Below are positions 34,218 through 44,490 of a stretch of 64,000 nucleotides of DNA, one piece after another. The DNA comes from a virus. Made by a program: the position numbers and the translations under genes. Under the pieces are notes generated by a model, which made no database searches, was not told the origin of the DNA, and saw only the letters and a program-made list of their open reading frames with translations. The stretch's first letter is position 1, and every line of letters begins with the position of its first letter. Location: IMG/VR virus record IMGVR_UViG_3300047510_001668, positions 96,001 through 160,000 of that record. One strand, written 5' to 3'.

Positions 34218-35998
34218 TATTCCATTCCTTGTATTACTGCATTGAAAAGCGCTCGTGCGTCTACATCACGCATGGTGCTAGGTAATCCTTTTTTGAAATT
34301 CCTGTAATCATTTTTCATGGCAAAATCACGCATTTTGCTTGCTGACATGCCAGCGGCACCATCAGCATCAGGATCACGCTCACCTGCAGAAACCACTTCA
34401 ACTGCTTTAAACGTATACAATGTTCCATTATATTTATGTACTGCTTGTTCATATTCAGGTACACGGTCACTACCTGCCACCATGATAACCTTGTCATACA
34501 TGCCATTCCATCCTTCCATCCATTTCAAAAAACTGAATTTCTCTTTGGTGGCCAACACAATGCTCACGTTGGGAAACATCTTGTTGGCAAACATCAGCTT
34601 CATGTCTGGGTCCAAAGGATCTTTGGGAGCCTTCTGTGTGCGAGACAGAATGATGAGATAGTCTGCCTTTTTGTTCTTGGCCACACTTACCACTTTGTCA
34701 ATCAGTTTTTTATGCCCGATGGTGGGAGGATTCATACGACCAAAAGCAAATACTATAGTTTTCAGTTCCTCATCCAACTGGGTGGGTCCTACTGGTGTCC
34801 TGCTCCAATCTTTCACAGCATTGAAGTTGGCTTGTGAGAACTCCATTCTGTTCACCAACTTCACTGCATTTCCTGCTCGGTCTACTGCCACATAGCCTTC
34901 AGGGTCCGTGTGCTTGAATCCTTCAGGTGTTTCAATGAATGTAGGGATGCCTTGTGCCTCATTCAACTTCTTCACAAAGATGTTTTTTGCATCCAACAAC
35001 GTCACATACAACTTGAACATGGCACGAAGATTCATGGCGTTGGTACGAAGATACTTCTGTAATTCTTTTTTCAACCCTTGATACTTCTTTTGACCAGCCG
35101 CGGTTTTCATCCCTGCTTCCTTCTTGGCAACACGGTCTATCACAAAGGCTTCCAACCCAGCAAGGGAGCGCTCGTTGATGGGAGCGCCATCCCGCACCAG
35201 TTTGTTCACAAAAATCTTGAACATGTATCCCACGGTCAAATCAGATGTTTGTGTTGCCAACTCATCTAGAAACTTTCTCGCAGAAATGGCGTTGGTTTTG
35301 GCAGAAGCTACAAGTGAACTAACCGTTCTGGTTTCCTGGTCAGTCAACGTCATCTTTCCAGACATGTCCTGATAGGACGCATCCTGGATCCAGGCTGTTT
35401 TAGATTTTAGCTTACTGACATCAACACCAAAAGAAGCCGACATTTCATTCACCGCCTTCTTTCCTGTATATTTAGTATGGAACACAATTCCAAGATGGGA
35501 ATGCTGTAGCTTTTCTCCCAAAGGATCCGTGACAGGCACGGCATACATGATGGTATTGGGCTTGAAAGTGATGTATTTCACCCCTTCAATCGTGGTAGTT
35601 TTCTTGATGGCAGGGGTGAACATCACATCTCCCTGCAACACATCTTTGAATGGCAAATCGCGCAATTCACGAAACACCACTTTCAACACTTCAGCTGGAC
35701 CACCACCATAATAGTAGTCTATCATCTCCTCAGAGAATCCCAGCTTCATGTCTTTGGCAAAGGCACCATGTTTCGTGGCCACGAAGAACATCCCGGTTTC
35801 CGGGTCTTTGCCACACACCACAGCAGGGGCACCATCCCACTTCACGGTGATGTTCAGCTTTCTGTTCACATTGCCTTGGAACAAGTCAAAAAGCGCCTCA
35901 ACAAACGCTATGGATTGTTGGGCGCCTTTATAACCTAGATTGATGATGTCATCTTCTAGATGTTCCAGATGTGTGTTTTTGTCGCTTTTAGCGGCCAT
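34217..35998 (-). CDS. DUF6267-like (ligase-fold) domain fused to HxGH cytidylyltransferase domain
   Basis: KNTHLEHLED, TVKWDGAPA (KxDG), PEGYV; C-terminal FGRMNPPTIGH...VAGSDR...MSASKMR. Confidence 0.8.
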   Translation of the reverse strand: MAAKSDKNTHLEHLEDDIINLGYKGAQQSIAFVEALFDLFQGNVNRKLNITVKWDGAPAVVCGKDPETGMFFVATKHGAFAKDMKLGFSEEMIDYYYGGGPAEVLKVVFRELRDLPFKDVLQGDVMFTPAIKKTTTIEGVKYITFKPNTIMYAVPVTDPLGEKLQHSHLGIVFHTKYTGKKAVNEMSASFGVDVSKLKSKTAWIQDASYQDMSGKMTLTDQETRTVSSLVASAKTNAISARKFLDELATQTSDLTVGYMFKIFVNKLVRDGAPINERSLAGLEAFVIDRVAKKEAGMKTAAGQKKYQGLKKELQKYLRTNAMNLRAMFKLYVTLLDAKNIFVKKLNEAQGIPTFIETPEGFKHTDPEGYVAVDRAGNAVKLVNRMEFSQANFNAVKDWSRTPVGPTQLDEELKTIVFAFGRMNPPTIGHKKLIDKVVSVAKNKKADYLIILSRTQKAPKDPLDPDMKLMFANKMFPNVSIVLATKEKFSFLKWMEGWNGMYDKVIMVAGSDRVPEYEQAVHKYNGTLYTFKAVEVVSAGERDPDADGAAGMSASKMRDFAMKNDYRNFKKGLPSTMRDVDARALFNAVIQGME

Positions 35999-36031
35999 AG
36001 TAGTCCAGACAGTGGTTTCTACTATTTATGT

Positions 36032-36349
36032 TCAAACGGATGAAATGAAATCCTCAATGCTCTTTTTCTTACGAAGCATGGTTTGATAGATGTATCCTTG
36101 TACCAGACCTTCAATCAAATCCTCCAGCTCCTGATGCTGTTGTTCCTCCAGTTCTTCTTGATAGAAGTCCAGATTTCCAGCCATGTCTAGGAAACGTTTC
36201 TCACATTCTGCGATACCAGCATCAATGGAAGCTTCCAATTCATCAGCATCTGTCTGGTGTTCCCATTCTTCCCAATTGATTTCATAATTCTCTGACCGAA
36301 GCTCACCCAGCTTCCTGAGTAGTTCCAATGTGGTCTGATGGTTAGACAT
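36032..36349 (-). CDS. acidic hypothetical protein
   Basis: Track ORF with SD. Confidence 0.65.
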   Translation of the reverse strand: MSNHQTTLELLRKLGELRSENYEINWEEWEHQTDADELEASIDAGIAECEKRFLDMAGNLDFYQEELEEQQHQELEDLIEGLVQGYIYQTMLRKKKSIEDFISSV

Positions 36350-36665
36350 GAGTGTTCCTTACCGTGGACTTCCAGCGAAGTTGACGCTCAAACTCACCCT
36401 TCTTTATCTTCCACATCTGCTTCACATGCTTCTTCTTGGACATCTTCACCATCTTGTCCAGGTTCTGAAGCACCTTTTCATCAGCATGAATCATTTCCAC
36501 GGCCTCCGCATTAGGGATGATGGCATCAGGATGAACGTACTGAACAACCATTTCATGAGGCTCAGCCTCATCAAACAGAATCTTACTAACTTTACCAAAA
36601 AACCAAACAGGAGAGACAATCATAGCCAAGAACATTACCATGATTAGATAATGATACCAGAACAT
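36342..36665 (-). CDS. membrane-anchored hypothetical protein
   Basis: N-terminal TM; AGGAG SD. Confidence 0.7.
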   Translation of the reverse strand: MFWYHYLIMVMFLAMIVSPVWFFGKVSKILFDEAEPHEMVVQYVHPDAIIPNAEAVEMIHADEKVLQNLDKMVKMSKKKHVKQMWKIKKGEFERQLRWKSTVRNTHV

Positions 36666-36688
36666 GATTGTCTCTCCTGTTTGATTGA

Positions 36689-36931
36689 TTAGTTACCGCC
36701 GAAGATACGGCTACCAGCAGTCTGGTAGGCAGCAGCCACGATGGAGCGTGAAGGACGACCCATGCGATAGGTCGTGGTCTCACCACGATTGGTGTACACG
36801 CAGAAACCCTCAGAACGAAGGTCGTTCACGCGGGCGCGGAGGTTACGGATGCCGAAGCGGCTCCGAGCCTGAGCGGCGCTGATGGTACGACCAGTTGAGA
36901 GGTAACGAACAAGACGGTCATTCTGTGACAT
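36689..36931 (-). CDS. winged helix-turn-helix protein
   Basis: Start MSQNDRLVRYL (AAGGAG SD); ISAAQARSRFGIRNLRARVNDLRSEG. Confidence 0.75.
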   Translation of the reverse strand: MSQNDRLVRYLSTGRTISAAQARSRFGIRNLRARVNDLRSEGFCVYTNRGETTTYRMGRPSRSIVAAAYQTAGSRIFGGN

Positions 36932-37007
36932 AGTAAATCTCCTTATATCGCCCTTTTCAATGACGGAGCGCACGGCGGGCGGAAAACCGTGCGCTCCCAA
37001 TGTTATG

Positions 37008-37325
37008 TTACTTGGTCTTCTTTACAGTCTTGACAGCCTTTGAAGCAGGGCGGAGACGGCGAGCCGCTGCGGCAATGGCATCCTGATAGACCTGCTCCGA
37101 AATCGAGGCATCATTAGAGCCACGAAGATAGTCCAGAGCCTGATTCTTGGTCATGGCATTCGGCAGGTCAACCCAAACCACAGAGTTGACACCGAGCTTG
37201 CCCAGAGCCTTGGTGTAGCGGGTCCGGTCGTTAGTGAACCGAATCTTGGTGCCAATGGTCTTGCCATTGCCACGCGTCCCGCCGTTAGTGAAACAAACGA
37301 AAGAAACCTTGTCAGAATTACGCAT
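37008..37325 (-). CDS. early hypothetical protein
   Basis: Start MRNSDK (GGAGG SD). Confidence 0.7.
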   Translation of the reverse strand: MRNSDKVSFVCFTNGGTRGNGKTIGTKIRFTNDRTRYTKALGKLGVNSVVWVDLPNAMTKNQALDYLRGSNDASISEQVYQDAIAAAARRLRPASKAVKTVKKTK

Positions 37326-37370
37326 AATACATCCTCCGAGAAAGAAGTTGAACATCTCACCTACATCTTA

Positions 37371-37399
37371 ATTCTAACACACCTACAACCAATTGTCAA
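37371..37399 (-). promoter_or_regulatory. early promoter
   Basis: TTGACA-N17-TAGAAT. Confidence 0.8.
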
Positions 37400-37411
37400 G
37401 CACCTACACCA

Positions 37412-37594
37412 TCAATTTTTACCATTTTGATTTACCACTTCTTGGAATCGAGAGAGGTCGTAGAAACCTTCACCAAAGCTGGCCAGACGGTCCAGATATT
37501 CCTGTTCATCCAGATCCACATCTGCCCAGGTTCGCGTTGTGTTTGCTACCAGCCCCTTGGTGATTCCAAGAAGATCCATCGAATTTTCTGACAT
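37412..37594 (-). CDS. early hypothetical protein (60 aa)
   Basis: Start MSENSMDLL (GGAGG SD). Confidence 0.65.
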   Translation of the reverse strand: MSENSMDLLGITKGLVANTTRTWADVDLDEQEYLDRLASFGEGFYDLSRFQEVVNQNGKN

Positions 37595-37640
37595 TGTACT
37601 GCCCTCCGTGAGTGTGATGGGGAGTGTATCCCCTATATGA

Positions 37641-37702
37641 AATATAACACATTTTTGTCCATTTGTCAAGCCCTGGCTAAGTGCTTGCAAATCAACAACT
37701 TA
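37641..37702 (-). promoter_or_regulatory. early promoter with upstream palindrome
   Basis: TTGACA (37664-37669), N17, TATATT; palindrome at 37678-37702. Confidence 0.85.
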
Positions 37703-38437
37703 CACGGCGATGGGGCCCTGTGCTGAGGGGATCCACCGCCAGATTTTACGCAATAAAGATTTTTTCAAGCGAGTCCAATCTGTCCCTTTAAAAGCACGCT
37801 TATAGAACATATAGCTATACAGCTTGGGATGTTGGTCTATGTGCTTGATAACGGTGGATGGTCTGAGTTCAGAATAGAGGTAATTGATTTCCATGGCAAT
37901 GTCATGCGCATAGGCCTCAATTTCACACCATTCTCTGAGGTATTCAATTTCTGACAAACGCTTCTTGGACAGTTTATCAGAATGGAACACTTTCACCTTT
38001 CGTTCAGCTTGGTCTGGACGAAAAGCAAATTGACTTTCATGAATGAATTCATGTTGAGCAATCTGCGACAACATGAAGATGAATCCATTGTAGTTGTGTC
38101 GTGTGAATTTGAAAGTGTTTCTGGCAGGTGTGAAATGCACATTCAACACAATGGCATTTTTCTTTTTTCCAGTATCGAAATACCCAGAAAAATTGTATGG
38201 CTGCTTGATGCTGCCACGCTTCACCTTCAGTTCCTTGTCACGTTTCACACGAATTCTGGCTCCCAGGGGGCGGAGCACTTTGTTCAAACGGCGGGTGATG
38301 ACACCATAAGGGAGTTCTTGCCCGATGATGTCATCAGCAGGGAAATGGTTTCGTAGTTCCTTGTGTATCTTACTAGCCAAGTACATGGGAACCTCCGTTC
38401 TGACTCTCGTATTTATACTAGAACTTAATTCCATCAA
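37700..38437 (-). CDS. putative zincin-type metallopeptidase
   Basis: QHEFIHE (HExxH) and downstream EIEAYA; TATAAATA at 38410-38417 suggests the true start is the internal Met downstream. Confidence 0.55.
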   Translation of the reverse strand: MMELSSSINTRVRTEVPMYLASKIHKELRNHFPADDIIGQELPYGVITRRLNKVLRPLGARIRVKRDKELKVKRGSIKQPYNFSGYFDTGKKKNAIVLNVHFTPARNTFKFTRHNYNGFIFMLSQIAQHEFIHESQFAFRPDQAERKVKVFHSDKLSKKRLSEIEYLREWCEIEAYAHDIAMEINYLYSELRPSTVIKHIDQHPKLYSYMFYKRAFKGTDWTRLKKSLLRKIWRWIPSAQGPIAV

Positions 38438-39800
38438 AATTCTTCTTCACAAACGCCTTGGAAGTGAAAGCCACAGGCTTCTGCTCCACTTTCTCTTCCT
38501 GCATGATGTTCTTCTGAGCTGACATATCCACATCATACAATCTCATCTTGGCTCTGTCCACGCCAATAACGAAACGCTTGTGTTGAGAAGGATCATTGTA
38601 TCTGTTCTTCAGTTGCTTGATGAGTAGTTGTCCCAGCTTTTCCAGGTCTTCTGTGGAAATAATACCAAACATGAAATCCGCAGTTGCCGGAAGTCCAAAT
38701 GACTCACTAGTATCAGTAAGCTCCATATCACTATTTGCATAGCCACTCCTTGTGGTTTGTGTTGCTGACACAATCGGGACATTGAACTCCACAGCCAACC
38801 CACGAAGTTCTTCTGCGATACCCTTGATGTAGATGTAGCTGTTCACACTGCCAGACATCTTGAATCGGCTGCTGGCACAGATGTTCAGATAGTCAATGAA
38901 GATGATGTCAGGACGAAACTCCTTTTTCAAATCCAATTCATTCAACAAGGCTCTGAAATGACCAGAATGTGCTGATGCTGTGGGATATTCCTTGATGATG
39001 AGCTTGCCTTCTGTCTTGTTCTTGATTCTGGAAATTCTGTCATCAAACATCTGCTTGGGAAGATTCTTCAAATCATCCATGGTGACATTCATCAAGTTGG
39101 CGTCAATACGTTCGGCGATACGTTCTTCAGCCATTTCCATGGTGATGTACAGCACGTTCTTACCTTGACTCATGGCGCCTGCTGCCATGTGACACATGAA
39201 CAAACTCTTACCCACACCAGTGCCAGCCAAGGCGATATTCAATGTCTTGTTGGGCAATCCACCTTTGGTAATCTTGTTGAACATATCCAAATCAAACGGG
39301 ATGCGTTCTTCTGTCTTGTGATAGAAATCAAATCGTTCATCAGCATCTGTGAGATAATCATGTCCCACGCTGTTGTCAAAACTGACACCCAACGCATCTT
39401 TCAGGATGTCCGGGATGGCTTCATTGGTGAACTTGTCATCCTTGCCATCAATGATTTGAATGGATTGCACAATGGCGTTATACACCGCCTTGTCCTTGCA
39501 GAACTTTTCTGTTTCTGCCAACATCCATTCTTTGTTGGTTTCTGAAGATTCCAAAGACACCACAATGTCCGACATCTTGGAATATTCATCCTCAGTCAAT
39601 GACTTGTCATTTTGCAACAGAATGGTCAATGCCTCCCGACTAGGCGAGGCATTGTATTCATCCACGAATTGTTTGATGTGCTGAAACACCTTGCGTTCAG
39701 CCCAATCTGTGAAGTACTCGTTTTTTATGAAGGGAATGGTCTTTCGAAGATATCCTTCATCATTCAGCAGATTGCTGAGTATCAACGTTTCCAGTTTCAT
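38418..39800 (-). CDS. 41: replicative DNA helicase (T4 gp41)
   Basis: LAGTGVGKS Walker A, YITMEM, IFIDYL, SATQTTRSG, QLKNRY. Confidence 0.97.
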   Translation of the reverse strand: MKLETLILSNLLNDEGYLRKTIPFIKNEYFTDWAERKVFQHIKQFVDEYNASPSREALTILLQNDKSLTEDEYSKMSDIVVSLESSETNKEWMLAETEKFCKDKAVYNAIVQSIQIIDGKDDKFTNEAIPDILKDALGVSFDNSVGHDYLTDADERFDFYHKTEERIPFDLDMFNKITKGGLPNKTLNIALAGTGVGKSLFMCHMAAGAMSQGKNVLYITMEMAEERIAERIDANLMNVTMDDLKNLPKQMFDDRISRIKNKTEGKLIIKEYPTASAHSGHFRALLNELDLKKEFRPDIIFIDYLNICASSRFKMSGSVNSYIYIKGIAEELRGLAVEFNVPIVSATQTTRSGYANSDMELTDTSESFGLPATADFMFGIISTEDLEKLGQLLIKQLKNRYNDPSQHKRFVIGVDRAKMRLYDVDMSAQKNIMQEEKVEQKPVAFTSKAFVKKNFDGIKF

Positions 39801-40101
39801 CCGTTACCTCTTTCTTGGAGTTTTCCACCATCTGTTCCAGAATGGCGTGCAGGACCTGTGAAATCAGTTCCTCCACATCCTGCTTGCGTTCTTCAATATT
39901 AACACCTGCAGGCGCAAGCAACAAGTTGTAATCGAATTCAATCTTTCCATTGCCCTCCTCATCTTCACCAAGAAACTCAATTCGTCCCATGTTGAAATGC
40001 AATCCTGCAAATTCACCATCTGTGATTTCCAGATAATGATCCACGGAGCTATCAGGATACACTTCATTGTTTTTATGTACAGTAAACTTAGGCATTGTCA
40101 T
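39760..40101 (-). CDS. gp40-like head vertex assembly chaperone (by synteny)
   Basis: Lies between uvsX and 41 as in T4; similar size and acidity. Confidence 0.55.
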   Translation of the reverse strand: MTMPKFTVHKNNEVYPDSSVDHYLEITDGEFAGLHFNMGRIEFLGEDEEGNGKIEFDYNLLLAPAGVNIEERKQDVEELISQVLHAILEQMVENSKKEVTDETGNVDTQQSAE

Positions 40102-41137
40102 ACTCCTCGTTAATCATCTCATCTGTGAACTCTGCCACCAGAGATGATGTGGAGATGGCATAGTTTTGTTTGATCCAATCCTGAAAAGATGCATCCTTCA
40201 GGATGGGCATCCAGAACTCTCTGGCATATGTATCATTCAAGCGATACTTCTTGTCCTCACCCTTCTTTTGATACCAACCATTCTGTGGCTTCACCACGTG
40301 TCCTGATTCCAGAGCCACATCCAGAAGACCAGACCAGGTGCTGATGCCACCTTCGAATGACACTTCCACAGGAATCTTGCTCTTCTCACGAACGAAGCGA
40401 GACTTTTCCACATTGATGATGAAGTTGTAACCCGTCAACCCATCAGCATCTTTTTCTTGTTGACGACCAATGATGAAGATGTTGTCAGCCGAGTAGTAGA
40501 TGCCAGTGCCACCAGACACGATGTCCTTGGGGAACATACCAATTTCCTTGTAGGTGTGATTCACCACCACCATGGGAATGTCCTTGATGGTCAAATGAGG
40601 CGTGGACATACGGAACAAGCTCTTCAATTGCTTGGCGCGAGTCATGTCTGCCACGCTCTTGCCTTCCAAAGCATCTTCCACTTCCTTGCGTGATGCTAGA
40701 TTACCTACAGAGTCCACGATGATGATGACATGCTCGCCACGTTCAATGTTGTTGATTTGTGACATCATATCATGCTTCAGTTGTTCAATGTCTGTGATGG
40801 GTGTGTGAATCACACGGTCCGTATCAATGCCAAAGCTCTTGAAATAGCCAGCCGGTGCACCAAACTCTGAATCATAGAACAAGATGGCAGCATCTTCATA
40901 CTTCTCCAGATAGCTCTTGGCCAACAACATGGCAAAGGCGGTCTTGAAGTGCTTGCTAGGGCCGGCGAACACCGTCAATCCAGGCGTCAACCCACCATCC
41001 AAACGACCTGACAACGCCACGTTAATCATGGGCACAGGTGTCTGAATCATGTCCTTGGCAGAAAAGAACTTGCTTTCTGTCAGAATTTCTGTTTCACGAA
41101 TTGTGGAATTCTTACGCAACTTATTGATTAATGACAT
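40088..41137 (-). CDS. uvsX: RecA-like recombinase UvsX
   Basis: GPSKHFKT, FYDSEFG, IVDSVGNLAS, SGGTGIYYSAD. Confidence 0.97.
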   Translation of the reverse strand: MSLINKLRKNSTIRETEILTESKFFSAKDMIQTPVPMINVALSGRLDGGLTPGLTVFAGPSKHFKTAFAMLLAKSYLEKYEDAAILFYDSEFGAPAGYFKSFGIDTDRVIHTPITDIEQLKHDMMSQINNIERGEHVIIIVDSVGNLASRKEVEDALEGKSVADMTRAKQLKSLFRMSTPHLTIKDIPMVVVNHTYKEIGMFPKDIVSGGTGIYYSADNIFIIGRQQEKDADGLTGYNFIINVEKSRFVREKSKIPVEVSFEGGISTWSGLLDVALESGHVVKPQNGWYQKKGEDKKYRLNDTYAREFWMPILKDASFQDWIKQNYAISTSSLVAEFTDEMINEEYDNA

Positions 41138-41146
41138 AACATCTCC

Positions 41147-43642
41147 TTAGAATAGGTCATCCAATGTGGCAACTTTATTTGTACTCCATCCCAGACAATC
41201 CAGAATGGTTCTCATAGGCTCCAAGAAACTCTTGTCGAACATAGTATGATAATCAACATACTTGTGTAAGTCAAGCTCTTTTGGTAAACTGGTTGTGAAG
41301 GCGATGCTGTTCTCCTTGATGGGATTGGGTTCCTTCAGATACAAGTATTTCACTTTATCTCCTTCCTTAATCAACTCATATTTCTTGTCCAGTTTTTTTG
41401 CTTTGATGTAGTGATTGTGTAACAAGGCACCCCGAACGTGAAGTGGTGTGGCTTTCATGTAGATGGTTGAACCAGAATGATACTTGGCCAGATTGTTGGC
41501 ACTTCTAGGGAAGGCAATTTCTTCTGGCGCCATTTGATGAAACTTCTGCTCCAAATCAGCAATGAAGTCTTGAATTTCAGTTTGTGTACAGGTCAGTGCC
41601 ATCTTCACGGCATCACGAAGATACTGTCGAACACTGCCAGGCGTGCTGCTTCTGACAATCTCCAAGCCTTGCACCTTCAACTTGGGTTCCTGGTATCGCA
41701 CACCTTCACTATCATACACGTTCAAGGCATATCGCTTCTTGGCCACCCAGATGGCACGGTCAGCAATCACCTCTCGCTTGAACTCCATCTTGGACACATA
41801 CCCATTGGTGGAATGCATGATATGTTCACAGGCATCTGCCAACACCTTGGCCACCTTGTCTTTGCAGAACTTGTCAATCACATCCACCACTTTGCTCTTG
41901 TCCAGATTGGAGAAGTGTTTCTGAACCAAATGATCCAATGTGATGTAGCAACTGTCTGTGTCAGAATAGAATGTGTACTCCACACCTTCTGTCTCACACA
42001 CCTTGTTCAAGTATTCATTCAAGGAACGACCCACGTGCTGAATGATGTACTGACCAGTCAGAGTGATGCCTTCGGCAATTCTGTCATCATAGAATCGGAA
42101 GTATTGATTGGCCCAGGCACCATACAAACTGTTCAATTGAATCTTTCTAGCCATCTGAATGTTGTTGTACTTGCTGATGAGCTTCACCTGGTTCACATCC
42201 TTGGTCTTCTCATATTCCTTCTGTGCTTCAATCATCTTCTTCTTGTAGAACACACGTTCTGTGAAAATCTTTTCCACAATCTCAGGAAACAATCCCTGAT
42301 GTTTGTGAGTGTAGCAATAGCCGTTTGCTGCCATGGCGTAATTCTTGTTCTTCAAGAAGTCATGGAAGTTCACATCTCCCTCCAACAGAATTTCTGGGCT
42401 GGCGTCGGCTGTGACACCCACCATCATGGTCTCAGGGCTCATGTTGTATTGCATGATGATGCTGGGATACAGAGATGCGGCGTCAAAACTCACCACCCAA
42501 TCATACTTGCCAGGTACAGGTTCTTTCACATAGGCACCGGCAATGGTTCTGCCTTCATTGTCCTTCTTCTGATGCACAATGATGTTCTTGGCCCAGAGAT
42601 GATTATGAAGAATACAATCCCAGGTTCTCACCGCCGAGAAGATGTCTGTGAAGTTGCACTTGGCGTCATAGGCCATGGTGATAACCAGCTCAATCAACTT
42701 CATCTTGTCTTCCAAGGCATCCACCAGTTCCACGTCCACGATGTTGTACTCCACAAACGACTGCCAATCTTCTGTGTAGTGTTCTTTGAATGTCTCGTAG
42801 CCATGTTCCAACTTTCTACGACCCAACTCTTGTTGAGCAATGTAATCCAACTTGTAACTTTCTTGCGCTGAATATGTGAATTTCTTGTACAAGTCCAAGT
42901 AATCCAAGTTGCTGATGCCATAGATGTCGGCTGTGAGATACTCACGTCCATTCATGGTCACAGTTCGTTCATTCACAATGCGCCACGGCGACAGATCCTT
43001 CACACGATCCTCACCCAACACTCGCTTAATTCTTACCATGAGATAGGGCAAGTCGAACAATTGTGTGTTCCACCCTGTCACCACATCAGGACAGTTAAGT
43101 TGCCAGAAGCGCAAGAAGGTGGAAAGTAGGTCGGCCTCATCTCGACACTTGATGTATTCGAAATTTTTCTTGATGTTGCTGATATCAAACTTCTTGGCAC
43201 CAAATGTGGTAATCTTCTTGGTGATGTTGTCTTGCACAGTAATCAGCAACACCTCTTCAATGGGATTGTCCACGCTCGGGAACCCATTCTCTGATGCAGT
43301 TTCAATGTCAATAGTGAAGATGGTGAGTTGACTAATATCATAGTCCACCTCTTCTGGATATTCTTCTGTGATGTATTGATAGGCGAATGATGTGTTGCCG
43401 AAGATGGGGAAGTTTTCCACCTCCTTGTACTTCTTCATGAAGTCCTTGGCATCATTAATGTCACCAAACTTCATGGGCTCTAGGTTGTCGCCAAACAAAC
43501 TCTTGTGTTTGCTTTCCTGTTTCGTCTTGATGAACATGGTGGGACGAAATTCCACCTTGTGGTTGTCTTTCTTGCCATTACGAACTTCACGAACCAATAG
43601 TTTGTTTCCAAACTGCAATACACTAGTGTAAAACTTTTTCAT
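41147..43642 (-). CDS. 43: family B DNA polymerase (T4 gp43), uninterrupted
   Basis: DIETAS exonuclease motif, SFDAASLYPSII, KIQLNSLYG, YSDTDS, KKRYAL. Confidence 0.98.
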   Translation of the reverse strand: MKKFYTSVLQFGNKLLVREVRNGKKDNHKVEFRPTMFIKTKQESKHKSLFGDNLEPMKFGDINDAKDFMKKYKEVENFPIFGNTSFAYQYITEEYPEEVDYDISQLTIFTIDIETASENGFPSVDNPIEEVLLITVQDNITKKITTFGAKKFDISNIKKNFEYIKCRDEADLLSTFLRFWQLNCPDVVTGWNTQLFDLPYLMVRIKRVLGEDRVKDLSPWRIVNERTVTMNGREYLTADIYGISNLDYLDLYKKFTYSAQESYKLDYIAQQELGRRKLEHGYETFKEHYTEDWQSFVEYNIVDVELVDALEDKMKLIELVITMAYDAKCNFTDIFSAVRTWDCILHNHLWAKNIIVHQKKDNEGRTIAGAYVKEPVPGKYDWVVSFDAASLYPSIIMQYNMSPETMMVGVTADASPEILLEGDVNFHDFLKNKNYAMAANGYCYTHKHQGLFPEIVEKIFTERVFYKKKMIEAQKEYEKTKDVNQVKLISKYNNIQMARKIQLNSLYGAWANQYFRFYDDRIAEGITLTGQYIIQHVGRSLNEYLNKVCETEGVEYTFYSDTDSCYITLDHLVQKHFSNLDKSKVVDVIDKFCKDKVAKVLADACEHIMHSTNGYVSKMEFKREVIADRAIWVAKKRYALNVYDSEGVRYQEPKLKVQGLEIVRSSTPGSVRQYLRDAVKMALTCTQTEIQDFIADLEQKFHQMAPEEIAFPRSANNLAKYHSGSTIYMKATPLHVRGALLHNHYIKAKKLDKKYELIKEGDKVKYLYLKEPNPIKENSIAFTTSLPKELDLHKYVDYHTMFDKSFLEPMRTILDCLGWSTNKVATLDDLF

Positions 43643-43678
43643 TCAACCGCTCCCGGGTCTTGAATGTGATTATGTTTT

Positions 43679-43716
43679 AATATAAACAAAACAACCAGGG
43701 ATGTCAAGCACCCCTG
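43679..43716 (-). promoter_or_regulatory. promoter for gp43 embedded in a terminator-like hairpin
   Basis: TTGACA (43702-43707), N17, TATATT; CCAGGG-GTGCTTGACAT-CCCTGG-TTGTTTTGTTT. Confidence 0.8.
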
Positions 43717-43722
43717 GTGTTG

Positions 43723-44025
43723 TTATGGTAGCAATTCAATTTTTGGTTTGTTGGGAACCACAATACCTTTTCCTGTGATGCTATGATATTGATTCCGAAG
43801 TTCATCAGCAGGTTCTGTGAACAGAATGATGTGTTTCTTGTCAAACTCGAACATCCGAGATTGTGAGAAAATCATGTAGGGTGCCAGACCCACGCTGTAT
43901 TGTCCCTTTTCATTGGGAACAATCATCACCATGAGGGGTGTGTCAATGTCTACGGTATTCTCACGTATGGTGACATCACCAATTAAATCTTCGCCTAGAA
44001 GCGTCTTGATACACATTAAAGCCAT
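43723..44025 (-). CDS. Sm-like T4-type hypothetical protein
   Basis: IKTLLGEDLIG...LAPYMIFS...EPADELRNQY. Confidence 0.7.
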   Translation of the reverse strand: MALMCIKTLLGEDLIGDVTIRENTVDIDTPLMVMIVPNEKGQYSVGLAPYMIFSQSRMFEFDKKHIILFTEPADELRNQYHSITGKGIVVPNKPKIELLP

Positions 44026-44064
44026 GATATACTCAATTGTAGGAGTGTTAGGAGGACTACTTAA

Positions 44065-44490
44065 TTATATAATGTCAATCTTACGTGGCTTCTTTTCTTC
44101 TGGGATGATGCGTTCCAACTTAATGGCAAGCACACCGTCAGTCAATGAAGCATCACGTACTACTACGTCATCTGCGAGTGTCCACTTTCTAGTGAACGCA
44201 CGCTTTGCTAAACCACGATGAACATATTCTTGTTCATCAGTGGATTCTGCCTTGGCTGAGATGGTGAGAACACCTTCAGCCAATTCAACATCAAGCTCAC
44301 TGCGCTTGAATCCTGCCACAGCAAGTTCGATGCTCCAGTTTTCAGCATCATGCTTGATGATGTTGTATGGTGGGTAGTTGCTTGAAGCATTCATTGTTTG
44401 AATGTCTTGCAACCGATTCCAAAGTGGGTCAAACCCAATGGCCCATGGACCACCAATGCTGGATGTGTTGAATGTATAGGTACGTGTCAT
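44065..44490 (-). CDS. small heat-shock protein (Hsp20/IbpA family)
   Basis: NYPPYNII, IELAVAGF, YVHRGLAKRAF, IIPEEKKPRKI. Confidence 0.95.
   Translation of the reverse strand: MTRTYTFNTSSIGGPWAIGFDPLWNRLQDIQTMNASSNYPPYNIIKHDAENWSIELAVAGFKRSELDVELAEGVLTISAKAESTDEQEYVHRGLAKRAFTRKWTLADDVVVRDASLTDGVLAIKLERIIPEEKKPRKIDII

Noticed and set aside
41477-42871. 464-aa plus-strand ORF, plus other long plus-strand ORFs (124..582, 3553..4524, 25934..26509, 48436..48993, 50514..51086, 51861..52388)
   Set aside because: Antisense shadows of clearly recognisable minus-strand genes; no motifs, SD or promoters
22455-43642. Inteins or group I introns in nrdJ, thyX, 61, 41, uvsX or 43
   Set aside because: All are single uninterrupted ORFs of normal length without intein or LAGLIDADG motifs
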